From Candidatus Iainarchaeum sp. (lineage in GTDB: Archaea; Iainarchaeota; Iainarchaeia; Iainarchaeales; JAFCCJ01): a stretch of 24,635 bases of DNA. The stretch covers positions 1 through 24,635 of the forward strand of contig JBDRHK010000026.1 in the NCBI GenBank assembly GCA_043816965.1, in the 5' to 3' direction. This document shows positions 17,758 to 24,286 of the stretch, piece after piece. Numbering within the stretch: the stretch's first letter is position 1; every line of letters begins with the position of its first letter. Position numbers and translations under genes: made by a program. A model generated the notes under the pieces. That model did no database searches, was not told the DNA's origin, and saw only the letters and a program-made list of their open reading frames with translations.

Positions 17758-17867
17758 CGGACCCGGGCGGATTTGAACCGCCGACCTACTGCTAACACCC
17801 CTTTTTCATTAACCATTTTGAAAAAGGTTAGAAGGCAGTTGCCCTATCCAGACTAGGCTACGGGTCC
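17758..17867 (-). tRNA. tRNA-Arg(UCU) with 35-nt intron at 37/38 (17794-17828)
   Basis: Acceptor GGACCCG/CGGGTCC-G, anticodon arm ACTGC-CT-TCT-A|A-GCAGT, T arm GGCGG-TTCAAAT-CCGCC, intron stem CCTTTTTCA/TGAAAAAGG. No encoded CCA. Upstream TTTAAATA. Confidence 0.95.
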
Positions 17868-17909
17868 TGTTAGATAATTAGGTCCAATGAAATTATTTAA
17901 AGCTATTGA

Positions 17910-18914
17910 TTAGCGCTTTCTTCTCAATCCAAGCTGCTTTCTTACCGATTTTGATGTTGCCAAAGGATGGGTAAGAAATGAGAAAATATTCTTTCTCAAA
18001 GCATATCCTCCTCTTGTGCAGCCATAATAGCAGGGAGTATTGAGATGGCAATCCCTGATAATTTCAATTTGCTTCTTATTGCCGAATATTTTTGAGGCAG
18101 GCTCTTTTTTTAAGTCCAGGTAAGGCGGCTTTTCAATGCAGGGCGCAACCATCCCCTCCTCAGTCACATATATTGAGTATGCAAGGGCATCGCAAGGCCC
18201 TAAACTTTTACCTGAAAGGTAATCCACAACCTCCCTATAAAAAATGGAGGCAATAAAGTCATCCTTCTTTTCCAATTGCTCCAATTTTTCAAATATTCCG
18301 ACCAGAGATTTATTCTCATAGGCTGAGGATTTATTTTCCTTGCCGGCAATGCCAATATTGCTGATGTAGGGGAGGGCGGTAAAATAAAACCCGTTCTTCA
18401 TTGAATAATCCCTGATTTTAAAAACCTCGCCTCTGTTCAAATCCGAAACAGTGCAGTGGATTGAAACATTCCTGAACTTTTTTTCTGAAAAACCCTTCAA
18501 ATTATTTAAAACCTTGTCCAGGCAGTCCACGCCCCGGATTTTCTTATATTTCCCCCTGTCTAGGCTGTCCAGTGAAACAGTCACCCCGATATTGTTCCCT
18601 ATCAGAAAATCCTGCATTTTCCCATCAAGGAGAATCCCGTTTGTTATCACCCTCGGGTCAAAGTGCTTATTCAGAAAAAGGAGCATTTCCTTGATTTTCG
18701 GGTGCATAAGCGGCTCCCCGCCCTGGACAAAAACCTCAAAAACCCCAATTTTCTTGATTTTCATGAATACTTTCTCAAATTCGGAGGAACTCATTTCCTT
18801 TCCCGAAGCCCTTTCCCAGATGGAACAGATGGAACAGCGGGAATTGCAGCTCTTTGTGAGCTCAAAGACGCACAACAGCGGCTTTTTAAGCAGAAAATTT
18901 TTGAGTGCACTCAT
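17910..18914 (-). CDS. Radical SAM enzyme with SPASM/twitch-like C-terminal cysteines
   Basis: CNSRCSIC (CxxxCxxC), GGEP, TNG, VSLDS, C...G.V.PC, C...C...C. Likely start is ATG 18914 behind a TATA, because the track start overlaps the neighbouring gene. Confidence 0.9.
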   Translation of the reverse strand: MSALKNFLLKKPLLCVFELTKSCNSRCSICSIWERASGKEMSSSEFEKVFMKIKKIGVFEVFVQGGEPLMHPKIKEMLLFLNKHFDPRVITNGILLDGKMQDFLIGNNIGVTVSLDSLDRGKYKKIRGVDCLDKVLNNLKGFSEKKFRNVSIHCTVSDLNRGEVFKIRDYSMKNGFYFTALPYISNIGIAGKENKSSAYENKSLVGIFEKLEQLEKKDDFIASIFYREVVDYLSGKSLGPCDALAYSIYVTEEGMVAPCIEKPPYLDLKKEPASKIFGNKKQIEIIRDCHLNTPCYYGCTRGGYALRKNIFSFLTHPLATSKSVRKQLGLRRKR

Positions 18915-18943
18915 GATGAATTTACAAGGGGAGATATTAAAAA

Positions 18944-18969
18944 ATGTAGCGAATCCTAATTCGTTGCAT
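18944..18969. promoter_or_regulatory. Imperfect palindrome adjoining the radical SAM gene TATA box
   Basis: ATGTAGCGAAT-CCTA-ATTCGTTGCAT next to TTTTTAATAT on the minus strand (18934-18943). Confidence 0.5.
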
Positions 18970-18984
18970 CGAAAATCCCTAAAT

Positions 18985-19503
18985 TCATTTCTTTGGAGGG
19001 TTAGCCCACCCGAACTTTGTGGCAGGCATTTTGGATTTAACGAATTTTTTAAGTTTTTCCAATTCCCCCTTTTCCCCTGAAACAAGAATCGAATTAGAGA
19101 AACCATCCATCATATCAATCAGCAAGCCATCTGCCTCAATAATAAGGTCTGTAAAGAACAGGTCAAATAACTCATTGTACTCCTGCAAAAGCTCTGAAAT
19201 TTTCTCCACCTTAATTTTCGCGGTAAGGGTTGTTTTGTCCTTTCCCCTGTAAAGCGCAGGCAGCTCCCTAAGGTGGCGGGATTTTGCAAATTTATGATAG
19301 TGCTTTTTCAGTTCCTCTTTGGAAATCTCAAGATTGGTGTAAACCATGTCAATAGGCTCAAGCCTCTCAATTTTAACAGAAACTTTCCCGCCCCCCAATT
19401 CCTTCAGGGCGCCGGAAAGATGGTTCCATAGGAAATCATATATTGCGGGGGAATTGTCTTTCCCGAGTCCAAACTTAAGCTTTAAATAATGTTTCTCTTT
19501 CAT
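18985..19503 (-). CDS. Hypothetical protein (172 aa)
   Basis: ORF fills the gap and has host-like composition. No motif recognised. Confidence 0.75.
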   Translation of the reverse strand: MKEKHYLKLKFGLGKDNSPAIYDFLWNHLSGALKELGGGKVSVKIERLEPIDMVYTNLEISKEELKKHYHKFAKSRHLRELPALYRGKDKTTLTAKIKVEKISELLQEYNELFDLFFTDLIIEADGLLIDMMDGFSNSILVSGEKGELEKLKKFVKSKMPATKFGWANPPKK

Positions 19504-19554
19504 AAATAATAGATTGATTCAGAACATAATATAACTTTAATTGGGGGTTTTTTG

Positions 19555-20343
19555 ATGGCATTGTTGGATGTAATATTGGGATTAGGTTTGGTTTTAATTT
19601 TTCCTATATTGATAATCGGTTTCTTTTTCCTTCTTGGCTCAATAAAGATAATTATGGAGTATGAGAGGGGGATTGTATTTACCTTGGGAAGGTACTCAAA
19701 AATACTCGGGCCTGGGTTTAATATTGTAGTTCCAATGCTCCAGAGCTGGAGAAAAGTGGACATAAGGATTAAAACAGTAGATATTCCGAAGCAGGAGGTT
19801 ATGACACAGGACAATGTCCCTGTAAATGTAAATGCCGTTGTTTACTTCCGTGTTGAGGACCCGAAGAAGGCTGTTTTAAACATTCAGGATTATATCTATG
19901 CAACTGCCCAGTATGCGCAGACCGCATTGAGGGACATAATCGGCGGGTCGAGCCTTGATGCAGTTCTCACCAAAAGGGAGGAACTGGCGACAGAGATAAA
20001 AATATTGGTTGACAAGGAAACCGACCCATGGGGAATTGATGTAACCGCAATAAAGATGCAGGATGTTGAATTGCCCCAGGACATGAAAAGGGTAATGGCA
20101 AAGCAGGCCGAGGCTGAAAGGGAGAAAAGGGCAGTAATAATTAAGGCAGAGGGGGAGGTTGTTGCGGCAATTAACATTGCAAAGGCGGCAAAAACCCTCT
20201 CAGCTTCACCAGGGGCACTGCACTTAAGGACCCTGAACACATTAAATGACCTTAGCAGCGACCAGAGCAATACTGTGATTTTCGCCTTGCCTATAGAGAT
20301 TCTCAGGGCATTTGAAGCTGTCACCAGTAAATTGAAAAAATAG
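19555..20343 (+). CDS. SPFH/band-7 (stomatin-like) membrane protein
   Basis: N-terminal TM, EYERGIVFTLG, VDIR, TQDNV, AQTALR, WGIDV, AEAEREKRA. Confidence 0.95.
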   Translation: MALLDVILGLGLVLIFPILIIGFFFLLGSIKIIMEYERGIVFTLGRYSKILGPGFNIVVPMLQSWRKVDIRIKTVDIPKQEVMTQDNVPVNVNAVVYFRVEDPKKAVLNIQDYIYATAQYAQTALRDIIGGSSLDAVLTKREELATEIKILVDKETDPWGIDVTAIKMQDVELPQDMKRVMAKQAEAEREKRAVIIKAEGEVVAAINIAKAAKTLSASPGALHLRTLNTLNDLSSDQSNTVIFALPIEILRAFEAVTSKLKK

Positions 20344-20373
20344 GGGCATTTATGCCCCAAATTCCTTCTTTTT
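20343..20373 (+). terminator. Hairpin plus pyrimidine tract after the SPFH gene
   Basis: GGGGCA-TTTA-TGCCCC followed by TTCCTTCTTTTT. Confidence 0.55.
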
Positions 20374-20435
20374 CAATTAACTGTTTAACTGCATAGTAGT
20401 AACTTTTAATATGTTTTCGAGCCTATAATATATTA

Positions 20436-20669
20436 ATGGGCAGCAACAAGGACTTGGGCGCAGGGGTATTGCTTACTATTTTTGCCGTAATTGTTATACT
20501 TGCCGTAATGGATGTTATTGATATAGATGCTTTCCGGAATGAGGAGACACTCACCCTCTTAATCGCGCTCCTTATCCTTGCATTGGGAGTGGCAACAATT
20601 TACACAAACAGTTCGGAAGGAAAAAAGGTTGAGCTGGAAGTTACAGAAGCCACTTTAGGAAAACATTAG
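20436..20669 (+). CDS. Small membrane protein (two TM helices)
   Basis: Two hydrophobic segments, with TTTTAATA about 30 nt upstream. Confidence 0.7.
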   Translation: MGSNKDLGAGVLLTIFAVIVILAVMDVIDIDAFRNEETLTLLIALLILALGVATIYTNSSEGKKVELEVTEATLGKH

Positions 20670-20674
20670 CAGAA

Positions 20675-21358
20675 TTATTTTTTATTCCTTAATCGTTCCA
20701 GCACTTTTTCACTTTCCAGTTCCCGCAAGGCATCTGCCGCAATCCATCTTGCCGCCTTTGAATCAATTTCACTGATTTCTTTCCCAACCTTAACTGCTTT
20801 TTTGTTCAGCGCAAGATTCCTTTTCCCAATTTGCCTCAGCGCCCAGTTCACAGCCTTCTTCACAAAATTCCTTTCATCGGTTGCTTCCCTCTTAATTACC
20901 GGAAAAAACTTCTCAAATTTTTTATCACCTGCTTCCTTATCATGCACTGAAAGAGTTGCCATCAGAACAAAACCCGCGCGCTTAACAAATTCCTCCCCTC
21001 TCTCACTCCATTCAAAAGCTTTTGCATATGCAAATTCAGTTTTGTCGAAAAGATTGCTGCAGCACTGGTCCACTATATCCCAGGAATCAAAATCCCTAAC
21101 CCATTTTTCCATCAGTTTCTCAGTAACCTTCTCAGGCTCACCAATAAAAGTCGCGAGCATCCTTGCCTCATGAATTCCGGTTTCCCATAATTCCTCGGCA
21201 AGTTTTTGGTCCTTGCCAATCTCTTTTCCAAAGGGCCTTAACACATAGAGGGAAATTCCCAATGCGTTTTTGGTCTCAATCCCAAAACGCGCCATCCCTT
21301 CTTTGTTCTTTTTGGAGCCCATTTTTTTGAGTTTTTTGATAACTTCATCAGCATTCAT
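20675..21358 (-). CDS. DNA alkylation repair enzyme (AlkD-like)
   Basis: LAEELW...HEARMLA, FDSWDIVD, FVKRAG, DERNFVKKAVNWALRQIGKR. Confidence 0.9.
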   Translation of the reverse strand: MNADEVIKKLKKMGSKKNKEGMARFGIETKNALGISLYVLRPFGKEIGKDQKLAEELWETGIHEARMLATFIGEPEKVTEKLMEKWVRDFDSWDIVDQCCSNLFDKTEFAYAKAFEWSERGEEFVKRAGFVLMATLSVHDKEAGDKKFEKFFPVIKREATDERNFVKKAVNWALRQIGKRNLALNKKAVKVGKEISEIDSKAARWIAADALRELESEKVLERLRNKK

Positions 21359-21361
21359 TCA

Positions 21362-22903
21362 TCAAATTCTTCTAACAACACCCTTAAAAGCGTCAACCTC
21401 AACCATGTCCCCGTCTTTAAGCAGCGAGGTGGCGTTTTTCGTGCCAATGATCCCCGGAATTCCAAACTCGCGGGAAACAATCGCAGCATGGCATGTGATT
21501 CCTCCCTCATCCGTAACTATTGCCCCCGCTTTCTCAATAATTTCAGTCAAATCAATAGTAGTCATAGGCGCAACAAGTATATCTCCTCTGTTGAATTTAA
21601 CCCCATCCTGCTTGGTTTTGATTATTTTGACTGTTCCCACCACTTTTCCCTTGTTTGCTATGCTGCCACTAATTGTCTCAATTTCTTCAACCTCTTTTTT
21701 AGTGGCCCTTTCAATCGCTTCCCTATCATCAGCTGAAAAAACTGACATCTTCCTGTTGAAAAGGAAAATCCCATACCATTCCAGCCTCTGATGCGCTAAA
21801 TTTTTGTCAATTTCAGCGCCATCAAAAAAAGAATCTATCTCCGGCTTTATGAAAAAATGAAATTCCTGAATTGTTATATCAAACAGCCTGCAGATTTCCT
21901 CAACCAGGTTCAGGGCATAATACTCCGCCGCAAAAGAGGCCTCAAGCTGGAATGTGTGTAGGTAAAGCAGTTCCTGGAGCGCTTCCATATAAACCAGAAG
22001 CTCGCCATCAACCCCAAGTTCCTTAACAATCGCATTAAAATCCTTATTTCTCGTGGCCTTATTTTCCTCCAGATCACTTAACTTTTTTTCACAGTCCTGC
22101 CCAACAGCCTTTTTAATTCTCGCAATATAATCCTCGGCGCTCATTGCTTCCCTTGCCCAGGTAAATCTGGTGCTCCAGCCATATTCCTTAACAAGGAAAT
22201 CCAATTCGTGGGAAATCTCAGAAAATTTTTCCCTAATTTTTGCCTCAATCTCTTTTTCATTCTCTTCAAAAACTTTTATTAACTTCTCATCATTTTTAAC
22301 CATGACAGCTATTTCAAGAATTTTTCGGCTCTCCAGCACAACCAAAGAATCATCTGAAGGAAAAACAACCTTGTCAAGGTATCTGTCAAACTCCGTCTCC
22401 ATGCCTCTTGATTTCAGCAATTCTAAAAGTTTTTCTGAAACCAGTGATTCAAGGACACGGTTGAAATTGTGCTTCAGCTGGATAAAAGAAACAGAATCAA
22501 CCAATGCTTGCCAGTAGTAATCAAACAGATACCGCAAAGCCTGTTTGTCCATTCCCCTAATATTCTTTCTCCCACCAATCTCCTTTGCCTTCCTTATCAG
22601 TTCCTCACTGTGGTGCCTGAGGCGCCTGTTTATTTCAGTAAAAGCAGATGGATTCTGTGAGCCCAATTCTCCCAAATCATTCCTAATTCTCTTGTAATCT
22701 GCAGGGCTCCAATAATAGCTTTCCCCTATTTTTTTGAAGTTCTCAAACTCAAAACGAAATGAGGTCAGATTCTCCAGCCTTTCAGCAGGATGTTGGCAAT
22801 CAATAACCAAGTAAGACCATAGAAGCGGATATTCGCCATGGCGTGTAAGGAAAACTTCCCAATCAACCTTGCGGTCCAGATCTAGAACCTGTTCCAAATC
22901 CAT
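21362..22903 (-). CDS. PEP-utilising enzyme mobile (phospho-His swivel) domain protein with helical N-terminal region
   Basis: C-terminal GDILVAPMTT...AIVTDEGGITCHAAIVSREFGIP...VEVDA. No ATP-grasp domain seen. Confidence 0.85.
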   Translation of the reverse strand: MDLEQVLDLDRKVDWEVFLTRHGEYPLLWSYLVIDCQHPAERLENLTSFRFEFENFKKIGESYYWSPADYKRIRNDLGELGSQNPSAFTEINRRLRHHSEELIRKAKEIGGRKNIRGMDKQALRYLFDYYWQALVDSVSFIQLKHNFNRVLESLVSEKLLELLKSRGMETEFDRYLDKVVFPSDDSLVVLESRKILEIAVMVKNDEKLIKVFEENEKEIEAKIREKFSEISHELDFLVKEYGWSTRFTWAREAMSAEDYIARIKKAVGQDCEKKLSDLEENKATRNKDFNAIVKELGVDGELLVYMEALQELLYLHTFQLEASFAAEYYALNLVEEICRLFDITIQEFHFFIKPEIDSFFDGAEIDKNLAHQRLEWYGIFLFNRKMSVFSADDREAIERATKKEVEEIETISGSIANKGKVVGTVKIIKTKQDGVKFNRGDILVAPMTTIDLTEIIEKAGAIVTDEGGITCHAAIVSREFGIPGIIGTKNATSLLKDGDMVEVDAFKGVVRRI

Positions 22904-22946
22904 AAAACCATAAATAGCTCAAAGTGTTTTTATTTTAAACAAATAA

Positions 22947-22967
22947 TGCGGGAGGGAGGACTCGAAC
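22947..22967 (-). pseudogene. Isolated tRNA 3' fragment (T loop to discriminator, Leu-like), possible att site
   Basis: Minus strand reads GTTCGAGT-CCTCC-CTCCCGC-A, 18/21 identical to the 3' end of tRNA-Leu at 24266-24286. No 5' portion nearby. Confidence 0.8.
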
Positions 22968-22971
22968 TTTC

Positions 22972-23121
22972 ACCACCTCCAATAGAGAATTTTTTCTTAG
23001 GACTCTGATTTTCTCGGCTTAAACCTTTGCACGTTTAATTCCTAATTTTGGTGCAAAGAATTTAATGCCTCCAAAATCAGCAGAGACGTCCACGAAAAAA
23101 TTCATTCTTTTTGGAGGTGGT
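22972..23121. repeat. ~150-nt rod-like imperfect hairpin
   Basis: Nested stems: 22972-82/23111-21 (11 bp), 22987-96/23094-103 (10 bp), GGAC/GTCC, 23005-12/23073-80 (8 bp), GGC/GCC, TTAAA/TTTAA, 23025-32/23051-58 (8 bp). Confidence 0.9.
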
Positions 23122-23124
23122 TTA

Positions 23125-23256
23125 ATGAAAAGTTTTTTCGATTTTCAGATTCCCTCAAGGGAAGAGATTGAATCTTGTCTGAAATCTTCAAAAAATCCAG
23201 AGATTCTTACGGATAGGGATTTTTGGATTTTGAGGGAGTTTGGAGGGGAGTTTTAA
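23125..23256 (+). CDS. Micro-ORF A, 43 aa (MKSFFDFQIPSREE...REFGGEF)
   Basis: Strong GGAGGTGG RBS, and TAATG stop/start coupling to the next ORF. Confidence 0.55.
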   Translation: MKSFFDFQIPSREEIESCLKSSKNPEILTDRDFWILREFGGEF

Positions 23257-23408
23257 TGAACTTCCCTTTTTTTCTTGTGATCAATTATTTTTGTTTTTCG
23301 TCCTTATTCGTGCTTTTTGGTTATGGCTTCCAAGAAGAGGCGAGAACTTTTGCAAAATATTTGTTTGCGTTTTTCTTCGGGATGCTGGTAATGGAGTTGA
23401 TAACGTGA
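23256..23408 (+). CDS. Micro-ORF B, 50 aa Phe-rich protein with two predicted TM helices
   Basis: GGAGGGG RBS, TAATG overlap, hydrophobic-charged-hydrophobic pattern. Confidence 0.55.
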   Translation: MNFPFFLVINYFCFSSLFVLFGYGFQEEARTFAKYLFAFFFGMLVMELIT

Positions 23409-23431
23409 AATCCGCACCGGAAATCCACTCT

Positions 23432-23449
23432 AGAAAGCCTTTATCTATT
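23432..23449 (+). promoter_or_regulatory. BRE/TATA-like promoter for the LAGLIDADG-tRNA-Leu unit
   Basis: AGAAAGCCTTTATCTATT shares AGAAAGCCTTTA with the leuS promoter and lies ~28 nt before ATG 23468. Confidence 0.6.
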
Positions 23450-23467
23450 GAAAAAGAAAAAATATGT

Positions 23468-24238
23468 ATGGAATTTACTGAAAAGCATGCGGAGCTGGTT
23501 GGGTTGCATTTTGGGGACGGCAGCTTAATAAGACGAAAAGGGACAGAAAGGCTGAGATTCCAGTTGAGGGGAGACGCAATTTCAGATAGGGCGCATTATG
23601 AGAATTTTATCATCCCTCTCTGCAATGAACTGATAGGCTTTCCCATACTTGGAAGACCGGTAACAACGACTTATTACAAAAAGCGCAACTGTTTTGGAGT
23701 TGCAGTCGAGAGTGCTCAATTGGCAGGATTCTTTGAAAAACTTGGCGTAAAGGTGGGAAGAAAGGAGGAACTGGAGATCCCTGAGTGGATAAAAAATGAT
23801 GAAAATTTCTCCAAGGCATTTGTAAGGGGCTTGTTTGATACAGACGGGTGCATTTATTATGGCACTAACCATACTGCAAAGAGCAACTTACATATTGTTG
23901 GGAGAATAATTATCACCTCCACCTCAAAAAACCTGATGCATGGCGTTTCAGCAATCCTGTCGAAAATAAGGCTAAAGCATTCAATCAAAGAACGCAGAAA
24001 GACCAATGGCGAAAAAAATGTTTTCGTTGTCGAGGTCCAAAGGCCCCATGAAAAAAAATTTATGTCATTGATAGGCTCCCATAACCAAAAACATCTGAAT
24101 AAATTCAAAATAGCCCAAATATTCGGTTTTTGCCCTCCCTATACAACCCCGCTGGAACGGAGGAAAATATTAAAAGGTGAATTGAATCCATTGTCTTTAT
24201 ACGCGAGGGTACCGAAGCGGTCTAACGGGCAAGGTTGA
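23468..24238 (+). CDS. Free-standing two-motif LAGLIDADG (intein/DOD-like) homing endonuclease, 256 aa, overlapping tRNA-Leu
   Basis: Motif 1 AELVGLHFGDGSL, block KVGRK...IPEWI, motif 2 AFVRGLFDTDGCI. No intein splicing termini. Stop TGA at 24236-24238 lies in the tRNA anticodon loop. Confidence 0.9.
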   Translation: MEFTEKHAELVGLHFGDGSLIRRKGTERLRFQLRGDAISDRAHYENFIIPLCNELIGFPILGRPVTTTYYKKRNCFGVAVESAQLAGFFEKLGVKVGRKEELEIPEWIKNDENFSKAFVRGLFDTDGCIYYGTNHTAKSNLHIVGRIIITSTSKNLMHGVSAILSKIRLKHSIKERRKTNGEKNVFVVEVQRPHEKKFMSLIGSHNQKHLNKFKIAQIFGFCPPYTTPLERRKILKGELNPLSLYARVPKRSNGQG

Positions 24239-24286
24239 GGGCCTTGTGGCTTAGTGCCTTCGGGGGTTCGAATCCTCCCCCTCGCA
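24203..24286 (+). tRNA. tRNA-Leu(GAG), 84 nt, long variable arm, no intron, no encoded CCA
   Basis: Acceptor GCGAGGG/CCCTCGC-A, anticodon arm CAAGG-TT-GAG-GG-CCTTG, variable arm GGC-TTAGT-GCC, T arm GGGGG-TTCGAAT-CCTCC. Confidence 0.97.

Noticed and set aside
17517..17816. 99-aa ORF across the tRNA-Arg intron and hairpins
   Set aside because: It overlaps the tRNA and the membrane-protein gene out of frame and has no coding features.
18915..19106. Track's longer radical SAM N-terminus
   Set aside because: It overlaps the upstream gene and crosses a TATA box and palindrome. ATG 18914 fits better.
23240..23467. 76-aa N-terminal extension of the LAGLIDADG ORF in the track
   Set aside because: It overlaps micro-ORF B and the promoter-like motif. 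LAGLIDADG motif 1 begins right after ATG 23468.
152..24108. Numerous antisense or alternate-frame ORFs (e.g. 152-571, 5606-6349, 8835-9389, 14822-15547, 18451-19080, 21270-21791)
   Set aside because: They are shadows of well-supported genes, Ser/Phe/Leu-rich as expected from the reverse of Lys/Glu-rich coding sequence, and have no motifs.
23468..24238. Intein or group I intron host for the endonuclease
   Set aside because: No N-terminal Cys/Ser block, no C-terminal His-Asn, and no interrupted host gene is visible.
22947..24286. One giant intron-containing or permuted tRNA spanning the fragment, hairpin and endonuclease
   Set aside because: The fragment and the intact tRNA are on opposite strands, tRNA-Leu(GAG) is complete alone, and no matching 5' half is visible on the minus strand on either side.
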